The notes under the pieces are model-generated. The model was not told where the DNA came from. It saw only the letters and a program-made list of their open reading frames with translations, and ran no database searches. A stretch of DNA of 64,000 nucleotides from Eledone cirrhosa (lineage: Eukaryota): NCBI GenBank assembly GCA_964016885.1, contig OZ024741.1, forward strand, positions 195,362,001 to 195,426,000, written 5' to 3'. This document shows positions 40,640-53,459 of this stretch, one piece after another. Both the position numbers and the translations under genes were made by a program. Numbering within the stretch: position 1 is the stretch's first letter; every line of letters begins with the position of its first letter.

Positions 40640-41460
40640 CAAATACTGCACCAAGAAAAATAAAATGTCAGCGTGAGAAGATTATGAATTTATTTGCTTT
40701 CACATATGTTTCCGTGTCTATTGTAAATTGTCTACATATGCTGACTACAATACATGTGAACTATGTTTGGCGGAGGTAATTGAAATAGCGACCGGAAAGG
40801 ACCTTCTAAATTCCCGGCATGACAGGATATTGAATTGCAAACACAAGGTTCTAAAAACCTTCGCTAAATGCAAACTGGACTAGAACAAGATTCGATCCCT
40901 AATACCTAGGTTCTACTATATCCTATTTGATACATTTCCTGCGACATTTGAACTTTTCACACCCAATGGATTCAGCAATATTCAAAACAATCCGATTTTC
41001 TTACCAACTCTAGCCTACTCTTAATCTGTACCCTATCTTTCTGTTTCTCTCCTTATGCTTTCTCTACCGCCATATATGGTAAACATCAAAACCTTCACCT
41101 ATAACAATGGTCAAAAAATAATTGTTCCACATCACAGCACACGGAGTGTGAAACTCTTTATCCCCACTCCCTCTCCTCTTTACTATCACACTAATTGACT
41201 GTATTTCATGCTTTATTTAACTTATTTACATTTTCTTAAACGAAAATCTTATTACTGAACTCTACCTCGTGGTTAACAGTTGAAGTCCACTACTATAGGC
41301 TTTCTGATGATAATAAATTATTAAGTATGATTGAACAATATATATTGTAGTCAGCATATGTAGACAATTTGAACAGACAGAAACATATTTCAAAGCAAAT
41401 AAATTCATAATCTCTTCGTGCAGATGTTTTATTTTTCTTGGTGCAATACTTGTTTATATT
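40635..41460 (+). mobile_element. Penelope-like remnant bounded by inverted ~115-bp pLTR arms
   Basis: 40635-40755 is inverted at 41340-41460. Internal LLNSR...C.H resembles a PLE ORF end. Degenerate CTGATGA..GAAC at about 41303-41335. Confidence 0.55.
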
Positions 41461-41499
41461 AATATACTCCGTGATCTCTTCTGGACTATATACCATATT

Positions 41500-43960
41500 C
41501 ACCTGCTTGGATATTTATGCTATTCAAAGGATTCCGTCGAGTCAAATTTGTTGGTAAGCAGCTTTCTTGTTTGGAAAGTCCTCCCGAATAAACTAGCCAG
41601 TTTGTCCTCTTCGACGCCCAGAGTCTCCCCGAGAACGTTGTCGCACTTATCCTCCTATAATCCCCATACAATTTTGACGTGGAGTTTCCACTGATTTCCG
41701 CCTAGTAGAGTACTGTGGGCGCACTCTAGGTGCCAGACGCCCATTTTCGATCTTCGCTTAACCCAGGGCTGCAACTCCGTTAACGAGACGAGCTGTGGAA
41801 AAGCTTGTCTCACGAACGACGAACACGCCGGTTCACCGGTCAGGAATACCTGGAGATGGTGTAGCCTCAGCGCGTGTTTGCGCATCATCAGCCATGGCAT
41901 GCCCAGCCACCCCTTTAGAAGGGTGTTGGCAGCAGATGGATCTCCTCACCAATGGAACCCGTCTCTTCCAAAGAAACTGGAAGAGTAGACGTTCCATTTT
42001 GGCGAGGTGATCACGGGAAAAGGCACGACCGTCAAGCGGTAGTTGATCACAGACGCTATGTAAGTGTTCGCCACTTCCGCTCGACCCTATAAGGAGAGCT
42101 TGTGGTCAGCCCACTTCTGGGTAAGCGCAAACACCTTCGCCGTGACCTCGTTCCAGTTTTTGTTCACCTGGAGGAAAGGACCGACAAGACTCAGAGCAAT
42201 TTCATCGGTCCTTCCGTCAAGCGAAGCTGTCGAACGGCATGGGTTTGCTTCTCCACATGCCGAGTTGCAAACCGACAGACTTGTCCAGGTTTATTTTTGC
42301 TCCCGTCAACCTTTCGTATTCCTATAATAAGTTGCCGATTACCCCGATTTTAAGGATTTCGACACCAATACGGTCACGTACTCGGCATAAGTTGATGCTG
42401 CTTTTCACAGTCCTAGTTCAAGCGGGATGCCTTGCAACAGCTCCAACTTCCGCAGTAATGGCTCGATTGTCACTATAAAAGGCGAAAGGGTTACACCCAA
42501 CCCTCTTTATGATGTATCGCATGAGGTGGAGGTTATCGTGCATGGACCTGGTCGGAATTGCACACGTTTGCGTTTCTCCTACCAGGTTCTTAACAACGAG
42601 CGTCAACCTCGTTGCTAACACTTTGGCTAAAAACCTTCAACTCTGCGTTGAGCAGAGTTATGGGTCTAAAATTGTTTATAGTATCCCTTTTGTTCTCATC
42701 TTTCCTGATCAGCTTGACTACGCCCCGGCTTACAGAACTGGGAATTCTCCCATTCTGCTGACAGTTGCAGTAGACCACTTCGAGGAGATCGGAGAACAAA
42801 TGTGGCAGGCCTACATAAAACTCATAAGGTAGACCATCCAAACCAGGTGATTCGCGCCTCCCACAGTTGCCTAGGGTATCTTGTATTTCACCCGTTGTGA
42901 TCAGCCTTTCGCAGCACTCTGCATCCGTGTTCGCGAGTCGCGATAGGAACTGAAGTCCATCACCCCGTCGGACACATTGCTCTGCCCGAACAGTTGTTTC
43001 GTTTCTCAGAGCACGTGTTTTACATCTGACAATAAAACAACCTTCGTGTTTCGCATTGAAGAAATGGTCTAGTGCCGTTCTCGTATTTAGCACGTTACCT
43101 GTACTGCTACTCCTAAGAGCAGCGTCTACTTTGGATACTATTTCCCTCTCTATTTTATTCTTCTCTAAAGCTACTTCTTTGCTAAAAGCTATTGATTCTA
43201 CTCTAATTGCTCTCTTTTGAGAGCACCACCGCCTGTTGTTGACGATGGCCACTGTAACAGGCTTTTAACTAAACTGCTAATCCATTCACTGTAGGCTTTA
43301 CGCGTCGGGAAAGACATGTTTAGCTTCCAGTATCTGGGTCTTGTCTATGTGTTCTATTTAGGTCGACTATGCAGGTCACTAATTTATGGTCTGAATGGGC
43401 GACCATGTGCATTCACTATCAATTAATCTAACTAGGAATCTATCTAAATACGATGTAGACGACCCAGTGCAGTTACTCTACGTCCACAGTGGTGCGTTTG
43501 AGAAATCTAATCGATATCTATCAGCCAATTGGAATTAGCTGATTAGATTTTTGAGGCTATTACACCATCTTTATTATCATATGCCCCTAAATAGTCCCAA
43601 GATGCCATTCTAATCCTTCACTAACAGTAAAAAGCGAGACGTTCTCAGGAAACACTCTAGACGGCTAAAGAACTCTGACCCCGATATTGCCAGTGGGGCA
43701 TACACGGCCACCAATCTGAAAGCTCCACTTTCACCACCATTCACATCTAGGACCACCAACTTGCCCTCCGGATCCAAGAAGGTTGTCCGTAATTCGAGAT
43801 CCAGGTTTTTCCGAAACAGCACACCAACTCTCACTCTACTTCCTGGCTGACAAAAAGATACAAGGATCTCGAAGTCATCGAATATGGGGGTTAGCTGCTG
43901 TTTGTCGTGAATCCTCGACTCGCTGACGACTATCACATTTATAGTTATAGAAACTACCAA
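41500..43960 (-). pseudogene. Older, deleted Tx1-clade ORF2 (family C)
   Basis: FLDPEGKLVVLDV, RLVAVYAP, SPGLDGLPYEFY, FRPITLLN and HDNLHLMRYI motifs with many stops. Confidence 0.9.
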
Positions 43961-44683
43961 AACTACCAAAACACACATCTATTTGTATATACGCTATAAT
44001 TTATGTACATGTTATGTTTATCACAAATCTAAGTTTTTTTCATACGATGGTTGATAGTTGATAATAACAGCTAAACTAATTACTACAACTAAATTCACCA
44101 AATTTGCCCTCCACCTATTCAGAAATGCTTCCACCGCCCCTGTATATAAACATAATTTTTGGTGATCTTTTAGTATAATATACATTCTATCTGTCCATCT
44201 ACTATGTCAGTTCTGTGAGAAATCAGTATTGAACCATTTGCAGTTCTATTTGACAACTGTAACATTTATCAGTGCTTTTGACGTCGGACCAAATCTTCAT
44301 TCCGTTTATCAACCTACGACATTACTTCCCCTTATATAATTATTTCCTTTCATTGATTTTTATCATTCGTTCTAACATTTTCTCTCTTTCTATTAACTAT
44401 TCAACCAAACTCTGCTTACCCTAACCTACCTAAAAAGACATTGCATCTTTTGAAATCTTTTACTTTAAACAAGTCAAACAAAGTCTCTATGACACGGATT
44501 CTTATAATTATCTATTTTCTTTCATCCTGATATAAGCAGACATTCTAACTACCATGGCTCTCACTCGCACTCTCTTTCTTCCTCCTTACTCCTTTCTCTC
44601 TATCTAACTATCCATCTACACACACTTACCTATGTGTCTATTTCTCTCTTCCTCATTACCCTCCCTTTCTTTCTTTCTGTCTC

Positions 44684-44752
<69 letters not shown>

Positions 44753-44803
44753 CAAGAGATAAAAGTAACATGGTTGTCTGTACAATAAGGGCTTTATTCA
44801 CAG

Positions 44804-44912
44804 TGCTGACAATTGTTTCTTTGATCTGGTAGGTCTAGAGTTCGCTAATCGCTAGATGTTGCGTCAATCGAACTCCAATACTTTGTTTATAACCAGTTAA
44901 TTCATCAGAGCA
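44804..44912 (-). ncRNA. Type I hammerhead ribozyme motif (Penelope type)
   Basis: TGCT-CTGATGA-(CTGGT...ACCAG long stem II)-GAAAC-AATT-GTC-AGCA, followed by AATAAA. Confidence 0.65.
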
Positions 44913-45651
44913 AGCGAATGTGAGGGTAGTATACAAGGCATGGCTTTTATAGAGGAGTGGTATTAGACCAGAACAATAATATGAATAACAAAATAATTAG
45001 ATACTGAATAGTTAAATTAATAACATCAATATAAGTGAGAAATAGAATACAATGATAAAATAATAAAACTAGCATGGTAACCGAAGTGATATGATACAGA
45101 TGTATGAAGTTGACATGTGAAAACTACTATAGGTCACTTTAGACGTAGTTTTTGAGGGATGAAGAGATAACTAATAAAATGTACCCAGAGTCAGATTTTT
45201 GGAATCTGCCCCTTTAAATGTAATTATGAGTGATCTAGATACAAGTGTGCTGTGGGTCTAAAGGCACGCTAGCAATAAACCGGAGATTGATTTATGGTCT
45301 GATAGATAAGTATTTTCGTTGTATTAACTTAGTTATATTGATAGAGTGAGTGTATAAAGATATATGGTTCTTAGGTAGTATTAAGTGAAATTGTAGATTC
45401 AGTATCAGGTTTAGGTGGCTTATTTTAACTGTTGGGATTTTTAGTTTGAATCATGGGGGTTTAGTTTTCACAACTTCGATGACAAATATCGTATAATTAA
45501 GACAATAAATCAACAATAAAATATGCATGGTAAATAGATAGAGAACATGATGGATAAAATTAGGGATAGGGTACATTGAGATGATCATAATAGTAATAAG
45601 AAGAAAATAAGAAAATAAGAGTTTCAAGGAATGTAAGGGTAATAAGATAAT

Positions 45652-45929
45652 GTACTTTGAATTAAGTTCATCTGTTAGAGATCGTGGGTGCTAATGTGAG
45701 ATATGTAGATATAATTGTTTGGTCCGAAAGAATAAACAACAGCAAATGCTAGATTGATTTATGGGCTGACATGATAATTGGTAGATGTTTGTAGATATTG
45801 CTACCAATTATCATGTCAGCCCATAAACCAATCTAGCCGTTGCTGTTGTTTATTTGGACCAAACAATTATATCTACATATCTCACATTAGCACCTATGAT
45901 CTCTAAAAGATGAACTTAATTCAAAGTAC
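45652..45929. repeat. Hairpin inverted repeat, ~130-bp arms, 16-nt loop
   Basis: 45652-45784 versus 45801-45929, with a few mismatches and indels. Confidence 0.9.
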
Positions 45930-47194
45930 CTGTCCACATATTAAAGATGTAAGTAAGATAATAATACATTAGAAATCCTAAGAGTTTAATCGTTTAAAAA
46001 ACAAACGGAGAAAATATGAAACTGGAAGTAGGTATAACAAGGGGCATAACAATGAAGAAAGGGAGATAGATAAGTAGAAATATATAATAGATTATTAAAG
46101 ATTTTTTAATATTTAAAAGAAGGAAAAAGGGGTGTTAATAATAAGAAAATTATAGATAATCTCAAAATTAATGATTTAAAAGAAGGGGTATATAAAAAAT
46201 ATAGTCAAAGAGTATGTAAAAGCAGGGGAAAGGGTTAACACTAAAAAGAAATAATATAGGGAGATACTATAGGAAGTGTAATATAAATAATTGTAAAAAT
46301 GAGAGTTAAAGAGGGTATAAATAGATGTAATGATTTGCTCTACGGCCGAAAGGGCAATTGGGATACTAATTATACCAGTAAAAAAATAAAGGGATATAAA
46401 ACAATATAAAACAGATTAAAATCAAAATGATTAAAAAGGAGGGATTTATAAAGAACATGGTGAAACAGTATTAAATTAGTCAGAAAAGGGGGAGAAGGGC
46501 ATAAAGGAAGTTAAAGCTAAAGAGAAAAATATAGAGGAAAATAATAGGAAATGCTTTACTTTATAGTATAAAATATTGTATGAGGAAAAAAGTGAAGAGA
46601 AAATTGAAGATAGATTTATTTGATTAAATAATCTAACACGTGTTTCGTTACCAAATACGTAATCATCTATGAGAGCTGTATAGGATGTTCTCGATGGTCC
46701 TCAATCACGTTGAGAAAAGATTATGCTAAGCTGTTCTTCCATCGTTAATACATACACGCTTACATACATATCACAGTTAGATACGTACATTTCAACACAC
46801 ATTTATCTTACACTCACACATACATGTCCACTACCATTAACACATAGATACACGCATACACTCACTATCTTTGTTACTTTACACAAAAAGCCTTTAAAAA
46901 TCACACACAATTAGACATACACTCACACATATAATGACACTAATACACACACACTCCACTTTGTGTTCCAACTCGTTACCAAGACTATCTAACGGTTGCC
47001 TTGTTTTCAATCTTCATTTTCGATTTTTTTTTTTTGTCTTTACTGGACATTCTTTCTGTTTCTCCATTGTGATTCTCTATCTATTTGTACTCCTGAAGAA
47101 GGGTTTAAGCCCGACACGTCGAACTTTCTTTCCTCTTTCCAATATACAGCGTGAAACTAATACGACTTTTACCACTTCTGTTTGTTGTCCTTGA

Positions 47195-47272
<78 letters not shown>

Positions 47273-47631
47273 AACGAGTAGGACCCCGACGGCTGAGCTC
47301 AAGCCGTTTCGACGGCTAATTCTGGACTAAATGAAAATTTTTATCCTGTTATATGAATAGCCGAGCTTCTCGGGGGCAATTCCATATATGGTAAAAGTGA
47401 TTGTCACAAGGATTGGTCAAAAGTTTGTTGTTGAGACACATAATTCTATCATGGCAATTTGTGGAAGGAAGGGGTATAAGATTTTGAGTATGTGTTGGTT
47501 GCTTTCCGACACTTCAGTATATCAGGCTATAGCACTCAACGAAGTGCGTAGGTGAGTCTTTTTACTCCGGAGTAATTGAAAACAAGAAGTGTAAGTCAAC
47601 AGGTTAAAATTAACTTCGTTTATTCATATTC

Positions 47632-47690
47632 GCTGCAATATATATTTCGGTAATAACCATTATTCAACAGTTATGACTTCATCAGGCAGC
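47632..47690 (-). ncRNA. Type I hammerhead ribozyme motif (Penelope type)
   Basis: GCTGC-CTGATGA-AGTCATAACTGTT GAAT AATGGTTATTACC-GAAA-TATATA-TT-GCAGC; 5-bp stem I; AATAAA downstream. Confidence 0.72.
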
Positions 47691-47977
47691 TAGAACTTGA
47701 ACAGAAAAAACAGTGAAACATAATTGTGGAATAAAGTTTACCTTGTTAATTCGTTGATATACAGACGTTCGCTCTTTGAACTTAAAGAAAAAACTATTTA
47801 AAGAAGAGAAACAGTCGTAGATCGGATGACACACGTGCTTATTTCGAGGAGTAAGTTTTGTTTAATTTGGTCTTCCCTAACACGAAAATTCGACAAATTA
47901 TTTCACCACTTATCTCTACAAATAATCTGACACTAGTTGTGAGAACTGCATAAATATTTTCATATATTTATCCATTA

Positions 47978-48160
47978 AAATTGGCAGTATCGGTAGAGGG
48001 TCGGACGCCATGCTTTGACGCAAAGAGTTACGGTCCTTTCCATTCTGAGTTCAAATCCCGCCGAGGTTAACTTTGCTTTCATCCTTACGGGGTCGATAAA
48101 ATAAAGTACCAGTAATGCACTGGTTATGGCTGGCCTTGTGCTAAAAGTGGAAACAATTAT
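47978..48160 (+). mobile_element. tRNA-derived SINE (S1)
   Basis: A-box-like TGGCAGTATCGG, B box GAGTTCAAATCC, tail GAAACAATTATT. Confidence 0.88.
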
Positions 48161-48904
48161 TTGAAGAAAAGAAACAGACATAGACCGGAAAACACACTAT
48201 TTATTTCGGGGGATAAGTTCTGTTTAATCAAAAATTCGACTAATTATTATGCAATCATCTCTGTGGCTGAAGATGTGAAAGGTGCATATATATATTTTTA
48301 AATATTTCCCCAATACAATTTTCCTTTTTTTACATTTTAGTCGATTGTGATTAAATTTCAGATTTTGAAAGGAAAATGGATAGTTGAAAGATCACTTCTC
48401 TCTCCCACCACCACATTCACAACCACCTCCTTACACATTCACACCAGTAAATCCCCAATCTATTTTTAGACTACTCTCACTGACTGCAACCTACCTACCT
48501 TCTCAGTGTCTAATGTGTGGCTGTATATATATATGTGTGTGTATACATTATATACATACGTGTGTATAGGTATGCACGTGTGAATGTATATTTATAAGAA
48601 CAAAACAAAGGGGAAGAAGAAAAAAAAGAATACTAGGACCCCCCCCCCCCCCCATTTACTCCTCAAACTCAAAATAGACAGAAAATAACACCGGAGAAGC
48701 AACTTCTATAAGCTACAATGTCACCCTACCCACTACCACTCTCAGTACCTCCACCCCCACATTAATCTCCCTGCCACCACCACCAACACCACTCACACCA
48801 CAAGAACAGTTGAGAAAATTCTCATACACCTCTTACAGCTGCAACCATAACAATATCACCTCAATCAACAACAGCAATGACCATAACTATACTGTTATAA
48901 TAGT

Positions 48905-49097
48905 AATAATTGTTTCTACGTTAGGCACAAGGCCAACAATTACTCAGTGCATTACTGATACTTTATTTTATCGACCCCGTAAGGATGAAAGGCAAAGTTA
49001 ACCTTGGCGGGATTTGAACTCAGAATGGCAAGGGCCGTAACTCTATGCGTCAAAGCATGGCGTCCGACCCTCTACCGATACTGCCAATCCACCGCCC
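48905..49097 (-). mobile_element. tRNA-derived SINE (S1)
   Basis: Full-length S1 match. Confidence 0.88.
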
Positions 49098-49114
49098 TAG
49101 TTATAATAGTAATA

Positions 49115-52100
49115 ATGATCTCAGTGCCAGCCAGCAAATGCACTACCCAAAGAGCCGGGCAACTTTCCATGTACGTCCAATACCATGCGTAACGCAAGCA
49201 TGTACTGCGAGATGAACAAATAAAAATTAATACACAATACCAAATCGCTTTTCCTATGGTTAATCAGGAAGCGCGTCCCTCAGGAAGGTGCCAACCTGAG
49301 ATCGAAAAGTCCTCCTCTGGCACAAACTCTTCTCCAATTATGGACCTGGATGGTCACTTGATCGGGGATTGCCCCAACTCGAACCCTCCAGATCCACCAC
49401 ACAAACCACCTCAAAAAGAAAAACCTAAAAGGATGAAATGGACCCGAGAAGAGTATAAAGAAGTAATATATGCATATTACTATGCATTAGGTAAGCCATC
49501 ACAAGACAGACACACTTTAAACTCCTACAAAATCTGGAAAACTCGGAATCAAGCTAGCAGACGCGATATAGATGAAAATAAGTTGGCAAATGTAAGGAGG
49601 TATATGTTCAGAAATAATAGACTCACAGACACTGAACTAACTTCGATCAAGCAGGCTGTGGAGAATGACATAAATATAAATGATGAAAGAACTGAAGAAT
49701 CTCCTGGAGATAGTAACCAGTCACAAGTCTTTACTGAAAGACCTCCATCTGACCAAATCACAAATAGATTTGTAGAAATGAGAAGCCCTATTGAATCCGC
49801 TGAAAATAGCCAGGAGAGGGACTTAGAAACAGTAATTGAAAACCAAACATCTGCTGAAGAACACCGGGAGACTATGAAGGAATTAAAGCAAAAAATACTG
49901 AATGAGCTTGCAGTAGTAAGACATTCTAGTATAAATGATAGAGAACCACTTCAAAAACTCCCAAATATAATCCAAAATAGAAAACAAATAATTGTTTCTA
50001 CTTTTGGCACAAAGCCAGCAATTACCCAGTACATTACTGGTACTTTATTTTATAAATATTAAAATAGAAAACAAATAATTGTTTCTACGTTTGGCACAAG
50101 GCCAGCAATTACCCAGTGCATTACTGGTACTTTATTTTATCGACCCCGTAAGGATGAAAGGCAAAGTTAACCTCGGCAGGATTTGAACTCAGAATGGAAA
50201 GGGCTGTAACTCTTTGCGTCAAAGCATGGCGTCCGACCCTCTACCGATACTGCCAATCCACCCCCTGATATAAAAATAGAAAACAAATAATGATTGGTAA
50301 TTCTGTGACAAAAGAAATCATAGAAGAACTAGAACTTGATCTTACTGAGTTAAATGAAATCATTTATGCATCTGCTAGAGTAATTGAAACAAGTTGTTTA
50401 CCACCCAAAAAAAACAAAAAAAGTCGAACCTTCGAGGTAAAACAATTTGGAGGAGTAGAATCGAAAAGGAGATTGACTTAATGAGAGGAGAAATATCTTT
50501 ATTGAGTGAGTTAACCGCTGGAAATGATATAAGATCCAAGAAGGTAAGAAAGCTAAAGAGAAAATATGGACTGTCTTCTAGAGAAGCAATAGTTTCAACA
50601 AAAGAATCTCTGAAACACAAAATTCCAAGTAAAAGCCCAACGAATTCCTAGATTCGAGAAGCGAAACAACTTCTACAGGCAAAATAAGTTGTTCTCATCC
50701 AATGCCAAGTCATTTTATAGAGAAGTAGGGAAGAAAAAAATAATTATTGAAGACCCCGTCCATAGAAGAAGTTGAAGACTTCTGGAGTAAGATTTGGAGT
50801 GATGAGAAGACATATAATGTAGATTGGATTAGTCGCCTGGAAAAATCCTACACAAATTTAGAAGAACAGGCGTGGGAAGACATCTCTATAGCGGACTTAA
50901 GGACAGCACTCAATAAATCTCATAAATGGAAATCTCCTGGTAGAGATAGGGTGCCAAATTTCTGGCTTTCCTCACTCCCGTGCACTCACAATATATTGGT
51001 CAAGCTGTTTAATGGAATTATGAAAGATCCAAAAACTACACCTGATTGGATAGCAAGTGGCATTACCTATCTTCTACCAAAGAACAACGAAACCAAAGAT
51101 CAAAAAAACTATCGGCCCATAACATCCTTGTACACCACTTATAAACTATTAACCTCTATTCTCATGGAAAAAGCATACGTGTTTTTGGAGGAGAACAATC
51201 TTTTCCCCATTGAACAAAAAGGGTGCCGACGAGGTTCATATGGTTGCAAAGACCAACTTTTGATTAATCGTATGATCCTTGGGAACTGTCATAATAAACA
51301 CAGAAATCTCAGTTCTGCATGGCTCGATTATAAAAAAGCCTTTGACAGCATACCACACTCATGGATTCTGAAATCACTGGACATCTTCAAAATCTCACCT
51401 GTGAGCTCAAACTTCCTGAAGCAGAATATGTCATTATGGAACACAAATCTCCAATTGTCTCATTCCACTGGAGTACTGTGCTCTAGGAATATAAACATCA
51501 ACTGTGGTATATTCCAGGGTGACTCACTTTCACCCTTGCTTTTCTGCATAGCTTTAATACCCCTTACATCCGAGCTTAATAGAACAGGGTACGGTTATAG
51601 AATTGACAACACAAAAATAAACCACCTATTTTATATGGATGATTTGAAGCTATATTGCAAAGATAATGACGAACTGGAAGGCCTTTTGCGGACAGTAAAA
51701 ACATTTAGCGATGACATCAGGATGGAGTTTGGACTTGACAAGTGTGCAAAAGCCACTTTCAAGAAGGGGAAGCTTGTCAACTCAGACTCAGTTGAATTGG
51801 ATGCTGAAACAACTTGAGCAGGAACAAACCTATAAATAATTAGGGATTAATGAAGGCTCTGGCATACAGCTTGCAAGTATGAAAGAGAGGATAAGGAAAG
51901 AATGTTACAGGAGAGTACGTGCAGTTCTGAGAACAGAACTAAACGCTCGTAACAAGGTGCTAGCCATAAATTCCTTGGCAGTCCCAGTTGTCACTTATAG
52001 CTTCGGTGTGTTGAACTGGAATATGAGTGAAATCAAAAGAATCGACACCAAAGTCCGTAAGCTACTGACCTGTAATAGGATGCACCACCCAAAAGCAGAT

Positions 52101-53403
52101 GTGGATCGTCTTTACCTTCATAGAACTCAGGGAGGCCGTGGCCTGATCCAATTTTAACTTGCTTACAAGACCACCATCATTGGACTGGCCAAATACCTTG
52201 AAATAACTAATGACTGTATGCTGAAACTTGTTGAAAAGCATGAGAGAAGTAAGAAGCTTCATTCTATCTTGAAGGAGAGCCAAAAATATGCTACTGATCT
52301 CATGCTTGATACCCAGGCTGGACAGACTAAAGAAACTGTTGCAACTGATGCTGCTAGGCACATAAAATCACTGGCAAAAGCAAAAGGGCAGGGACAATTA
52401 GCATCAAATTGGGAGCAGAAACCTCTGCATGGCAAATATGTGGCCCGTAGCAAACAAGCTGATGCTGACCAAAAGCACAACCGTCGGTGGCTACGTAGTT
52501 CAGGGCTAAAGGCGGAGAGTGAAGGCTTCATCTTAGCTGCCCAAGATCAAAGCTTATTGACTCGTAATTACCAGGCCAATGTGATGAGAAACGGAATAAA
52601 CCCAAAGTGCCAATTCTGCAATGCTGAGGTTGAAACAGTGGATCACTTAGTCTCTGGATGTAAAGTTTTAGCACCAGTAGAATACAAATATAGACATGAC
52701 ATATTGGCCAATATCTACACTGGGTAGTATGTCGGCATTACAAAATCAAAACTGAAGACAAGTGGTACAACCATCACCCTGAGGCTGTAACTGAAGGAGA
52801 AAAAGTAACAATTCTCTGGGACTTTCCTGTACATACTGACAGGACCATAAAAGCAAATAGACCTGACATCATTACAAAAGATCAACATAACATGGTCTGT
52901 TTGTTGATAGATATGAGCATCCCATGTGATCACAATATCGCGGCAAAAGAATTTGACAAGCTACGAAAATATAAAGATCTGCTTATTGAAATTTAGAAAA
53001 TGTGGCACCTCAAGGCCGTTACAATACCAGTGGTTATGGGAGGACTGGGAATGATCAAGAAAGAAACAGAACAATATTTGCGAATGTTTGTTGGTTTACC
53101 CTCTCTGCACGAGGTGCAAAAAATTGTTTTGAATAGTACTGCACACGTATTGAGAAGAGCACTATCTCTGTAAGATTGATATCCCTCCTTGTATTTACAT
53201 ATGCATATGCACATGTGTATATATATGTATACTGTTTTTATTTGTTATTTTTTTGTTGTTTTTTTTTGTTTGTTTTTTTGTTATTATAATCAATGTGCTG
53301 TATTAACTGGCTTACCAATGCACACTGTGCATTTATTTTCCCTGGGTGTCAGGAAGACACGCAGCATATATCTCAGAAACAATAATGAAAGAAAATAAAA
53401 ATG
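49115..53403 (+). mobile_element. Near full-length R4/Dong-like element, family 1 (single disrupted ORF 49256-53172)
   Basis: N-terminal KWTREEYKEVIYAYY; [25 protein letters not shown] and FYMDDLKLY; CQFC..ETVDHLVSGC; RHD; NRPDI..LIDMSIP RLE. 5' flank TAATAGTAATAATG, 3' flank (AAT)n. Confidence 0.93.
49993..50272 (-). mobile_element. Two S1 SINEs (one truncated, one full) inserted at one site in the Dong ORF
   Basis: The 19-bp AAAATAGAAAACAAATAAT occurs three times (49974, 50061, 50273). Confidence 0.85.

Positions 53404-53459
<56 letters not shown>

Noticed and set aside
47978-48070. tRNA-like A/B boxes
   Set aside because: They belong to multicopy SINE heads; no full cloverleaf.
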